A DNA stretch of 62,465 nucleotides from an uncultured Rhodospirillales bacterium. Lineage in GTDB: Bacteria > Pseudomonadota > Alphaproteobacteria > Rhodospirillales > CAJXLG01. The stretch is from NCBI GenBank assembly GCA_913055885.1, contig CAJXLG010000001.1:1-62465 (forward strand), given 5' to 3'. The notes under the pieces are model-generated. The model was not told where the DNA came from. It saw only the letters and a program-made list of their open reading frames with translations, and did no database searches. The first letter of the stretch is position 1, and every line of letters begins with the position of its first letter. A program made the translations under genes and the position numbers. Below are positions 25,529-34,125 of this stretch, one piece after another.

Positions 25529-27004
25529 TCAGTCCGCTGTTCCGCTGCCGTTGCCGCGGGCGACGATGGCGCTGGTGCTGTAGCCCTCCGCCAGGGGCGC
25601 CAGTTCCACGCGCCCGCCGTAGGCGTGCACATGGTCCGCGCCCACCACGTTGTCCAGGGCGTAGTCGGCGCCCTTGACGAGCACGTCGGGGTGCAGGGTC
25701 TGGATGAGGGACAGCGGCGTGTCGGCGTCGAAAATGACCACCAGGTCCACGGCCGCCAGGGAGGCGAGCACCAGGGCGCGCGCCGCCTCCGCCTGCACGG
25801 GCCGGCCCTCGCCCTTGAGCCGGGCCACGGAGGCGTCGCTGTTGAGCCCCACCACCAGCCGCCCGGCGCTCTGGCGGGCGTGCCGCAGCAGGCTCACGTG
25901 CCCCGGGTGCAGCAGGTCGAAACAGCCGTTGGTGAAGGCCACCGTGACCCCCTGGTTGCGCCAGCGCGCCACCTGGTCGGCGGCGGCATGGGGGCTCACC
26001 ACCTTGCGCTCCTCCTCGGCCATTTCCTGATGATGCAGGGCGCCCACCAGGTCGTCCACGCCCACCACCGCGGTGCCCAGGCGGCCCACCACGATGCCGG
26101 CGGCGCGGTTGGCCAGCGCGGCGGCGTGTTCCAGGGGCACGCCGGCGGCCAGGCCGGCGGCCACCGTGGCCACCACCGTGTCGCCGGCGCCCGATACGTC
26201 GTACACCTCGCGCGCCCGGGTGGCGAAATGGTGGTCGCCGTCGCCGGTGAGCAGGGTCATGCCGTCGGGTCCGCGCGTCACCAGGACGGCGGTGACGCCG
26301 GCCTGGCGGCGCAGGGCGTGGCCCGCGGCGCGCACGGAATCCGCGTCCCGAACGGGCCGGCCCGTCATGGCGCCCAGTTCGCGCTGGTTGGGGGTGAGGA
26401 GTGTGGCCCCCTGATAACGCGCCGGGTCGCGGCCCTTGGGGTCCACCACCACGGGCCGGCCGGCGGCGCGCGCGGCCTCGATGAGGCGCGGCGCCAGGGC
26501 GGCGTCCAGGACGCCCTTGTGGTAGTCGGACAGGATGAGCGCGCCGGCGTCCGCCAGGGCGGCCTCGGCGCGGTGCGCCACGGCATCGCGCGTGGTGTCG
26601 TCGATGACGGCGGTGGTTTCGTTGTCGGCGCGCAGGAGCTGCTGCCCGCCCGCCACGTAGCGCGTCTTGACCGTCGTGGGGCGCCCGCCCACCCGCTTCA
26701 GGCAGGGCGTCAGGCCGGGCTCGGCGTCGAGCTGGCCGCCCAGGAGAAAGCCCTCGGCATCGTCCCCCACCACGGAGACGAACGCGGTGCGCGCCCCCAG
26801 GGCGGCGAGGTTGCGGGCCACGTTGCCGGCGCCGCCCGGCATGGTGGTTTCGCGCTCGATGCGCACCACGGGGATGGGCGCCTCGGGCGAGATGCGGTCG
26901 GCCGCGCCGTAGACGAAACGGTCCAGCATGGTGTCGCCCACGCACACCACGGCGGCGCCGGCCAGGGCGCGGGCGTGGGTTTCCAGGGCGGCGGCGTCGG
27001 TCAT
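25529..27004 (-). CDS. hldE: Bifunctional D-beta-D-heptose 7-phosphate kinase / D-beta-D-heptose 1-phosphate adenylyltransferase HldE (RfaE)
   Basis: The N-terminal ribokinase-like domain has VCVGDTMLDRF.YG...RISPEAPIPV and AGDTVVA. The C-terminal cytidylyltransferase domain has FTNGCFDLLHPGH. The product is 491 aa. Confidence 0.9.
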   Translation of the reverse strand: MTDAAALETHARALAGAAVVCVGDTMLDRFVYGAADRISPEAPIPVVRIERETTMPGGAGNVARNLAALGARTAFVSVVGDDAEGFLLGGQLDAEPGLTPCLKRVGGRPTTVKTRYVAGGQQLLRADNETTAVIDDTTRDAVAHRAEAALADAGALILSDYHKGVLDAALAPRLIEAARAAGRPVVVDPKGRDPARYQGATLLTPNQRELGAMTGRPVRDADSVRAAGHALRRQAGVTAVLVTRGPDGMTLLTGDGDHHFATRAREVYDVSGAGDTVVATVAAGLAAGVPLEHAAALANRAAGIVVGRLGTAVVGVDDLVGALHHQEMAEEERKVVSPHAAADQVARWRNQGVTVAFTNGCFDLLHPGHVSLLRHARQSAGRLVVGLNSDASVARLKGEGRPVQAEAARALVLASLAAVDLVVIFDADTPLSLIQTLHPDVLVKGADYALDNVVGADHVHAYGGRVELAPLAEGYSTSAIVARGNGSGTAD

Positions 27005-27966
27005 GGCCGGGCCTCCGGGCCGGGAACAGGGGGGTGCGGCATGGCTTGCGTTTCCGTGTTGCTGGTGTCCAGGCGCCCGCCGCCCCGGCGTGCCGCCAGG
27101 GCGACCCGGGTGGCGGCCAGCGCCGCCGCCGCCGACAGGGGCGGTGCGCCGGTGGCCGCCGCGCGGGTGAAGCCGGCGGCCAGGGCCCGCGTGCCGGCGT
27201 CCCAGCGGGCGGTGCCCTCCGTTTCGGCCATGACGGGCGCGCCGTCAAGCGTCACCGTGCGGGCCGGCGTCATGGCTTCCAGGCGCGCCGGCCCGTCGGG
27301 GGCGCCGCCCAGGGCGCACAGGATGCGGCCGCCGCCGGCCAGCTCCACCACGGTGGTGAGTCCCCGGCGCGTGGGCGTGGCGCGCACGGTGGCGGGGGCG
27401 GCGTCGGCCAGGTAGAGGGCCAGGTCCAGAAGGCGCACGAGGGTCATGGCGCCCAGCCGGCCGGCCGGGGCGCGCACGCTCACCACGCGGGCGCCGCCGG
27501 CGCGGCGGACGCGCCGCGCCGCCCGGCCCGCTTCGCGCCCGAAACGACCGGGCAGGGCCGGCACCAGGAAGCCCGGGCCGGCGGCGACGGCGGCTTCCAG
27601 GGTCTCCAGGTGGGCTTCCTCCGCCACCAGCGGCGGCTCCGCCAGCACGGCCTTGCCGGCGCGCACGGCGCGCGCCGCCATGGGGCCCGTGGCGCGGCCG
27701 CCGCCGGCCACCAGCACGGCGTTGATGCCGGGGTGGGCGAGGACGGTGACGGGGTCCGTCTCGGCCGTGGGGAAACCGTAGGCGACGGCGGCGCCCACCG
27801 CCCCGCGGCCGCCGTGGCTCACCAGGACGGCGGGATCGGCGCGGGCGCGCAGGGCGCCCACCAGGCCGCCGCAGACAAGCGGCCCGGCGGCGATGAGCCC
27901 CAGGACGCAGCGTCCGGCGGGCGGCAGGCCCGGCTTGTGGAACCGGGGAACGGCGGACTCGGTCAC
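27001..27966 (-). CDS. Gfo/Idh/MocA-like oxidoreductase (weak call)
   Basis: The GTG at 27966 overlaps the upstream stop (GTGA). The pattern VLGLIAAGP...INAVLVAGG......A..AVRAGKAVLAEPPL loosely follows the Gfo/Idh/MocA N-terminal layout. The longer listed ORF (to 28446) would overlap the phosphatase gene. Confidence 0.45.
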   Translation of the reverse strand: MTESAVPRFHKPGLPPAGRCVLGLIAAGPLVCGGLVGALRARADPAVLVSHGGRGAVGAAVAYGFPTAETDPVTVLAHPGINAVLVAGGGRATGPMAARAVRAGKAVLAEPPLVAEEAHLETLEAAVAAGPGFLVPALPGRFGREAGRAARRVRRAGGARVVSVRAPAGRLGAMTLVRLLDLALYLADAAPATVRATPTRRGLTTVVELAGGGRILCALGGAPDGPARLEAMTPARTVTLDGAPVMAETEGTARWDAGTRALAAGFTRAAATGAPPLSAAAALAATRVALAARRGGGRLDTSNTETQAMPHPPVPGPEARP

Positions 27967-28664
27967 GTCTGCAGGAACCGTCTCGTTGTGCCTTCCAGGA
28001 CGACGCAGGTGAGATGGCCGGTGGCGAAGGCCCCCGTGTCGATGCCGATGCGGTTGGGCTGCTCGTCGATCCCGCGGCGGATGGTGTGGCCGTGCACCAC
28101 CATGGTGCCGTGGTCGCGCCGGTCGCTCAGGAAGGGTTCGCGCACCCACATGAGGTCGTGGCGCGCCTGGTCCGCCAGGGGGCGGCCGGGCATCAGGCCG
28201 GCGTGGACGAAGAGGTAGTCGCCCACTTCGTGGTACAGGGCGAGATCGGCGAAAAAGGCGCGGTGGGCGTCGGGCAGGGCCGCCTCCAGGGCGCTGCCGG
28301 CATGCCCCGGGTCGTCCACGCCGACGCCGTAGGACTCCAGGGTGGCGTTGCCGCCGTTGAACAGCCACAGGGCGAGGGATTCCGGGTCCGACATGGCGGC
28401 CAGCATCATGTCCTCGTGGTTGCCCATGAGGCACACCCTGGGCCAATCGGCGGCCAGCACCCGGTCCACCACGCCCCTGGTGTCGGGGCCGCGGTCAACG
28501 TAGTCGCCCAGATAGACCACCAGCACCTCGTCCGGCGGGTGCCGGTCCAGGTCGGCGCCGATCTGCTTGTGCAGCCGTTCCAGGAGGTCGGCCCGGCCGT
28601 GGACGTCGCCCACGGCGTAGACGCGCAGGCCCTCGGGAACGGCCGGCGCGGGTCTCTCCGTCAT
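27963..28664 (-). CDS. PPP-family metallophosphoesterase (PrpA/ApaH-like serine/threonine phosphatase)
   Basis: The GDVHG, GDYVDRGPD and GNHE motifs are in canonical order, and the C-terminal half has HGHT. The start was chosen at MTERP (28664). Confidence 0.8.
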   Translation of the reverse strand: MTERPAPAVPEGLRVYAVGDVHGRADLLERLHKQIGADLDRHPPDEVLVVYLGDYVDRGPDTRGVVDRVLAADWPRVCLMGNHEDMMLAAMSDPESLALWLFNGGNATLESYGVGVDDPGHAGSALEAALPDAHRAFFADLALYHEVGDYLFVHAGLMPGRPLADQARHDLMWVREPFLSDRRDHGTMVVHGHTIRRGIDEQPNRIGIDTGAFATGHLTCVVLEGTTRRFLQT

Positions 28665-28767
28665 TGCGCGGCACTCCCCTCTGGTTAGAGTGGGTCCGGG
28701 GGTGCTATGCCTCCTGAGGAAGAGCGTGGGCGCAGCGCGCGTCCGATGCAACAGGCGAAGGCCGTCC

Positions 28768-30108
28768 ATGCAGCAACCCACGGGCCAGACACAGCAGCGG
28801 GCGCTTCACGAATACCAGCTTGTCGAGCTGGCCGAGCGCATCCAGAACAACCCCCAGGGCTGGTACGCCGTGGCGCTCCATCTGTCGCGCCTGAGTCCGG
28901 TGAACCGGCGGGAGAGTCACCTGCGCGTGGCGCTCCGGCTCATCGACGGCTTCGTCCAGGCCTACCGGCACCACGTCTTTCACCTGGTGAACGACGACGT
29001 GGTGGTGGCGGTGCAGGGCATGCGGCTCGCCGACCTGGACGCCCTGATCTACCGCCTGCGGGCGCTGTTCGCCAACGATCCGCTCACCTACGAGGACGCC
29101 GGCGACGGCCGCGATCCGTTCTGCACCTGGTACGACCTGGTGGCGGCGCCGGAGGGCTTCGTGGACATGGCGCGCCGGGCCCAGGCGGAGGCGCAGCGCA
29201 CCGGCGGCCGCCGCACCCGCGCCCAGGCCCTGCCCACCATCGACCCGGCGACGCTGGAGCGCGCCGTGGGCGTGCTCCAGGAGACGCGGGTGCTGGACAT
29301 GGTCCGGCGCCAGCCCGTCATCCATGTGCCCGAGGGCGGTTCCGTGGCGAGCGGCATCTTCCAGGAGTTCTATTTCGCCATCGCCGAGGTGCAGAAGGCC
29401 GTGGCCCCGGACGTGGCGGTGACGGGCGACCGCTGGCTCTTCCAGCACCTGAGCCGCGAGCTGGACCGGCGCATGCTGGCCGAGGTGGCGGGCCTGGAGC
29501 TGGCCCACTGGCCGCCCGAGCTGTCCCTCAACCTGAACCTCGCCAACGTCGATACCCAACCCTTCGAGCGCGCCGTCGAGCGGCTGCGCCGGGCGGGCAC
29601 GCGGCTCGCCGTGGAGTTCCAGGTGATGGACATCTTCGCCGACCTGGACCTTTGGTTCCGCATGCGGGACAGCCTGCAGGCGGCCGGGCACCGCGTGGTG
29701 CTGGACGGGCTCAACGCCATGTCGCTGGGCTTCGTGGACGTGGGCCTGCTCGCCCCGGACCGGGTGAAGATGACGTGGAGCCCCGAGCTGGCGCGCGTCA
29801 TGGGCAGCCGCGAGAGCGAGCTGCGCCAGGGGCTTGAGGCCGTGGGGCTGGAGCGCGTGGTGCTGGCGCGCTGCGATTCGGAGGCGGCCATCCGCTGGGG
29901 CCAGCAGGAGGGCCTCGGCCTGTTCCAGGGCCAGTACGTGGATGCCATGATGGCCGCCGTCACCAAGGCGCAGTGCGGCAGGGACTGCGCCTGTTCCTTC
30001 AAGGACGTCATCCGCCGGCGCGGTGTGGTGAGCCCGGACCGGCGGCGCAAGTGCAACAATCCGGACCTGCACGACAGCATTCCGGACATCACCCTGCCGG
30101 GACGCTGA
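28768..30108 (+). CDS. Hypothetical protein P1: degenerate GGDEF-like N-terminal half, degenerate EAL-like C-terminal half, Cys-rich tail
   Basis: This is a paralog of the next gene. EAL-scaffold remnants are RRQPV, QEFYF in place of EALxR, SLNLN, VEFQ, LDGLNAM in place of DDFGTG, RVKM, ARCDSE in place of AEGVE, and FQGQY. The N-half has HLSRLS..N and VNDDVVV where DxDxFK..ND and GGDEF would sit. Confidence 0.6.
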   Translation: MQQPTGQTQQRALHEYQLVELAERIQNNPQGWYAVALHLSRLSPVNRRESHLRVALRLIDGFVQAYRHHVFHLVNDDVVVAVQGMRLADLDALIYRLRALFANDPLTYEDAGDGRDPFCTWYDLVAAPEGFVDMARRAQAEAQRTGGRRTRAQALPTIDPATLERAVGVLQETRVLDMVRRQPVIHVPEGGSVASGIFQEFYFAIAEVQKAVAPDVAVTGDRWLFQHLSRELDRRMLAEVAGLELAHWPPELSLNLNLANVDTQPFERAVERLRRAGTRLAVEFQVMDIFADLDLWFRMRDSLQAAGHRVVLDGLNAMSLGFVDVGLLAPDRVKMTWSPELARVMGSRESELRQGLEAVGLERVVLARCDSEAAIRWGQQEGLGLFQGQYVDAMMAAVTKAQCGRDCACSFKDVIRRRGVVSPDRRRKCNNPDLHDSIPDITLPGR

Positions 30109-30130
30109 ACCATTGCCGGGACGCTGACCC

Positions 30131-31420
30131 ATGGCCCGAACACCTGATCCGGCCGACCTGGAGCGGGGCCAGGCGCAACAACTCCTCGACTACCTGGACG
30201 AGGCGCTGCAGGGCGGCGGGCCCCGCCGCGCCGTGTACATCCACCTGTCGCGGCTGTCCGACCAGCAGCGCCACCTGCAGCACCTCCAGATCGCCACCAA
30301 CAGCTTCGACACCCTCATCCAGTCGGTGCAGGGCCGGCTGTTCGGCCTGGCCAACGGCGACATCGTGTTCATCTTCCCGGAAACGGCGCTGGACGAGGTG
30401 CAGTCGGCCATCGTCAAGCTGCGCTTCATGTTCGGCGACGACCCGCTTATCGCCGGCGACCGCGACGGCCCGGATTCGGAATTCGTCACGTGGTACGACC
30501 TGGCCCGCGACGCCAACCAGCTCACGGCGGTGGTCCAGGGCCAGGCGGAGGAGGAAAAGGGCCGGCGCAGCGCCGCCGGCCGGGGCAGCAGCAACGTCCC
30601 CGGGGAGGCCGAGGGCCCGCGCCGCAAGCCCCTGACACCCGGCCTCCTGGGGCAGATGGAAAGCGCCCTGGCCATGGCGGACCTGACCAACATGATGCGG
30701 CGCCAGTCGGTGTGCGCCGTGGTGGGCAATGCCGCGCCGCAGCAGATCTTTTCCGAGATCTACGTCTCCATCGGCGACCTGCGCGACCAGCTCCTGCCCA
30801 ACGTGGACATCACCGCCAACCGCTGGCTCTTCCAGCACCTCACGGAGACCCTGGACCAGCGGGTGCTGGCGCTTCTCAACAAGCGCGACGAATACACCAT
30901 CACCGGCGAAATCAGCATCAACCTCAACATCAACACCCTGCTCTCGCCGGAATTCCTGCGCTTCGACGAGAACATCCGGCCCTCCATGCGGGGCAGCATC
31001 GTGCTGGAGCTTCAGCCCACGGACATCTTCGCCGACCTGCCCACCTATCTGTTCGCCCGCGACTTCGCCCACGAGCGCGGCTACCGTATCTGCGTGGACG
31101 GCGTCATGCCGCGCATGCTGGGCCTCATCGACCGCGTCCGCCTGGGCGCCGACATGGTCAAGGTCATCAGCCACGCCGATCTCGGCACGTGGGCCCAGCA
31201 GGACGCCGAGGCGCAGGCCCGCCGGCTCATCCAGCGCATCGGCCCGGCGCGCATGATCGTCACCCGCTGCGACGATGCCGACGCCGTGAAGGCCGGGCAG
31301 GAACTGGGCATCCAGCTCTTCCAGGGCCGCCACGTGGAGCGCCTGCTGTCCGAGGAAGAGCGCAAGCGCGAACAGCGCCTGGTGCAACAGGCCAAGACGA
31401 AAGGGAAACGGACCCGGTGA
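30131..31420 (+). CDS. Hypothetical protein P2: paralog of P1 with a basic/acidic C-terminal tail
   Basis: It shares these blocks with P1: HLSRLS, TWYDL, MRRQSV, IFSEIY, RWLFQHLT, ISINLN, LELQPTDIFADL, VDGVMPR, MVKV, TRCDDA, LFQGRHV. The stop overlaps the GTG of the ABC ATPase (GTGA at 31417-31420). Confidence 0.6.
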   Translation: MARTPDPADLERGQAQQLLDYLDEALQGGGPRRAVYIHLSRLSDQQRHLQHLQIATNSFDTLIQSVQGRLFGLANGDIVFIFPETALDEVQSAIVKLRFMFGDDPLIAGDRDGPDSEFVTWYDLARDANQLTAVVQGQAEEEKGRRSAAGRGSSNVPGEAEGPRRKPLTPGLLGQMESALAMADLTNMMRRQSVCAVVGNAAPQQIFSEIYVSIGDLRDQLLPNVDITANRWLFQHLTETLDQRVLALLNKRDEYTITGEISINLNINTLLSPEFLRFDENIRPSMRGSIVLELQPTDIFADLPTYLFARDFAHERGYRICVDGVMPRMLGLIDRVRLGADMVKVISHADLGTWAQQDAEAQARRLIQRIGPARMIVTRCDDADAVKAGQELGIQLFQGRHVERLLSEEERKREQRLVQQAKTKGKRTR

Positions 31421-32181
31421 GCGAGCCGGCGGTGGCCGTGGACGGCCTGTACAAGCGTTTCGGCCCCGTGATGGCCGTGGACGGCATCGGCTTCACGGTG
31501 CCGGCGGGGACGACGGCGGGCCTTCTGGGCGGCAACGGCGCGGGCAAGACCACCACGCTGTCCATCCTGCTGGGCCTGTTGCTGCCCACGGCGGGCGCGG
31601 TGCGCGTCCTGGGGCACGACATGCTGACGCGGCGCTTCCGGGCGCTGCCGTGGATGAATTTCTCGTCCCCCTACGTGGACCTGCCGCACCGGCTGTCCGT
31701 GCGCGAGAACCTCACCGTCTACGGCCATCTCTACGGCGTGCGCGGCGTGCGCCGGCGCATCACCCAGCTCGCCGAGGAGCTGGACATGGGGGCCTTCCTC
31801 AAGCGGCCGGTGGGCCGGCTGTCGGCGGGGCAGAAAACGCGCGTGGCGCTGGCCAAGGCGCTTCTCAACCGGCCGCGCCTGCTTCTCCTGGACGAGCCCA
31901 CGGCCTCCCTGGACCCGGACACGGCGGACCGCGTGCGCACCTACCTGGAACGCTACCGCGACGCCCACGGCGCGGCCCTCCTGCTCGCCTCCCACAACAT
32001 GGCGGAGGTGGAGCGCCTGTGCGACGACGTGAAGATCCTGCACCAGGGCCGCATCAGCGACGAGGGCCCGCCCGGCGACCTCATCCGGCGCTACGGCCGG
32101 GAGACGCTGGAGGAGGTTTTCCTGCACATCGCCCGCGGGCGCGACGGCATCGCCTACATCTACGACATGGAGGACCGGTGA
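31417..32181 (+). CDS. ABC transporter ATP-binding protein (ABC-2 exporter type)
   Basis: The protein has Walker A GGNGAGKTT, signature LSAGQKTRV and Walker B LLLLDEPTASLD with an H-loop SHN. The stop overlaps the permease GTG (32178-32181). Confidence 0.85.
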   Translation: MSEPAVAVDGLYKRFGPVMAVDGIGFTVPAGTTAGLLGGNGAGKTTTLSILLGLLLPTAGAVRVLGHDMLTRRFRALPWMNFSSPYVDLPHRLSVRENLTVYGHLYGVRGVRRRITQLAEELDMGAFLKRPVGRLSAGQKTRVALAKALLNRPRLLLLDEPTASLDPDTADRVRTYLERYRDAHGAALLLASHNMAEVERLCDDVKILHQGRISDEGPPGDLIRRYGRETLEEVFLHIARGRDGIAYIYDMEDR

Positions 32182-32999
32182 CGGCGCATCCGGCCACGGC
32201 GGGCGGCAACCCCTTCCGGCGCATGGGCGCCCTGGTGCTGCGCAACCTCTACCTGGTGCGCAGCTCATGGCCGCGGGTGATCGAGATGGCCTACTGGCCC
32301 ACGGTGCAGATGATCATCTGGGGCTTCATCACCAAGTTCTTCCTCACCCACTCCTCCTGGCTGGTGGAGGCGGCGGGGGCCCTCATCGCCGCCGTCCTGC
32401 TGTGGGACACCATGTTCCGCGGCAACCTGGGCGTCGCCGTGTCCTTCCTGGAGGAGATGTGGTCGCGCAATCTGGCCCAGATCTTCGTGGCGCCCCTCCG
32501 GCCGTGGGAGCTGGTGGGGGCGCTCACGGGCATCAGCCTCATCCGCACCCTCATCGGCGTGGTGCCCGCCGCCGTGCTGGCCATTCCGCTCTACGACTAC
32601 TCCATCTTCGCCATGGGCCTGCCGCTGCTGGCGTTCTTCACCAACATCCTGGTGATGGGCTGGTCCGTGGGGCTCGTCGTGGCGGGCATCGTGCTGCGTT
32701 TCGGCCTGGGGGCAGAGGGGCTGGCGTGGCTGGCCATCTTCGCCTTCGCGCCCCTGTCCGGGGTCTATTATCCCATCGCCACCCTGCCGCCGTGGCTGCA
32801 GCCGGTGGCCTGGGCCCTGCCGTCGTCCTATGTGTTCGAGGGCATGCGCGCCGTGCTCTTCGACGGGGTCTTCCGCTGGGACCTCTTCGCCTGGTCGGTG
32901 GGACTCAACGCCCTCTACCTGGGCCTGGCGGCGGCGTTCTTCCTGGGGATGTTCCGGGTGGCCCGCCATCGCGGGCTGCTCCTGGACGTGGGCGAGTAG
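32178..32999 (+). CDS. ABC-2 type transporter permease
   Basis: It is a six-TM-like hydrophobic protein. LVLRNLYLVRSSWPR.......P and SGVYYPIATLPPWLQPVAWALPSSYVFEGMR resemble ABC-2 (YadH-like) permeases. Confidence 0.75.
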   Translation: MTAHPATAGGNPFRRMGALVLRNLYLVRSSWPRVIEMAYWPTVQMIIWGFITKFFLTHSSWLVEAAGALIAAVLLWDTMFRGNLGVAVSFLEEMWSRNLAQIFVAPLRPWELVGALTGISLIRTLIGVVPAAVLAIPLYDYSIFAMGLPLLAFFTNILVMGWSVGLVVAGIVLRFGLGAEGLAWLAIFAFAPLSGVYYPIATLPPWLQPVAWALPSSYVFEGMRAVLFDGVFRWDLFAWSVGLNALYLGLAAAFFLGMFRVARHRGLLLDVGE

Positions 33000-33029
33000 C
33001 CGCGCGCATCCGGGACAAGGGCCGTCGTT

Positions 33030-34049
33030 TCAGCCGCCGTCCACGCCGGCCTCGTCGAAGGTGGCCATGCCGGCGTGGCAGGCGGCGGCGGCGCGCACCA
33101 GCGGCACGGCGAGCACCGCCCCCGACGCCTCGCCCAGGCGCATCCCCAGGTCCAGGAGCGGCTCCTGGTCCACGGCTTCCACCAGCCGGCGATGGGCGGG
33201 CTCGGCGGAGGCGTGGGCGACGCGGCAGTGGTCCAGGGCGTCGGGCGCCAGGGCATAGAGCACGCCGGCCGCCGCCGTGGCGACGAAGCCGTCCAGGAGC
33301 ACGGGCACCCGCGCCAGCCGCGCCGCCAGCACGGCCCCCGCCATGGCCGCCAGCTCGCGGCCGCCCAGCCGGCGCAGCACTTCCAGCGGATCCCCCAGGT
33401 GCCCGCGATGCCGCGCCAGCCCTTCCTCCACCACGGAAACCTTGTGGGCCAGGGCGCTGCCTTCCACCCCCGTTCCCGGCCCGGTCCAGTCGGCGGCATG
33501 GCGGTCGAACAGGCCGCTGGCCACGGCGGCGGCGCTGGTGGTGTTGGCGATGCCCATCTCCCCCACGCACAGCAGGTCGATGTCGCGCTCCAGGGCGCGC
33601 AGGCCGAAACTGAACGCCGTCACGCATTCCGCCGCGTCCATGGCCGCCGTGCGGGTGAAGTCGGCGGTGGGGGTGTCGAGGGTCAGTTCGTCCACGGAAA
33701 GGCCCACGCCGCAGGCGCCGCAGAGCTGGTTCACGGCGGCGCCGCCGTGCACGAAGTTGTCCACCATCTGGCGGGTCACGCTCTGCGGGAAGGCGGAGAC
33801 GCCGCGCGCCGCGACGCCGTGGTTGCCGGCGAAGATCACGGCGTGGGGCGATTCCACGCGCGGCGGATGGCGTCCCTGCCACGCCGCCAGCCAGGCCGCC
33901 AGGTCCTCCAGCCGGCCCAGGGATCCGGGCGGCTTGGTGAGCCGGGGTTCGCGTGCCCCGGCAGCCGCCTGCGCCGCCGTGTCGGGTCCGGGGCGCTCGG
34001 CCACCAGGGCACGGATATCGTCGAGGGTGTGCGGCGTATGGCGTGACAT
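33030..34049 (-). CDS. cobT: Nicotinate-nucleotide--dimethylbenzimidazole phosphoribosyltransferase CobT
   Basis: The protein has LTKPPGSLGRLEDLA, FAGNHGV, GEMGIANTT and LGEASGA motifs. The start was chosen at MSRHTPH (34049). Confidence 0.9.
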   Translation of the reverse strand: MSRHTPHTLDDIRALVAERPGPDTAAQAAAGAREPRLTKPPGSLGRLEDLAAWLAAWQGRHPPRVESPHAVIFAGNHGVAARGVSAFPQSVTRQMVDNFVHGGAAVNQLCGACGVGLSVDELTLDTPTADFTRTAAMDAAECVTAFSFGLRALERDIDLLCVGEMGIANTTSAAAVASGLFDRHAADWTGPGTGVEGSALAHKVSVVEEGLARHRGHLGDPLEVLRRLGGRELAAMAGAVLAARLARVPVLLDGFVATAAAGVLYALAPDALDHCRVAHASAEPAHRRLVEAVDQEPLLDLGMRLGEASGAVLAVPLVRAAAACHAGMATFDEAGVDGG

Positions 34050-34125
34050 GGGCGGCGGTCCGCTTGCGGTGGGCTCCGGATCTTCTATACCGTTCGCGGA
34101 CGTCCACGCCAACAGCGGACCCGCC

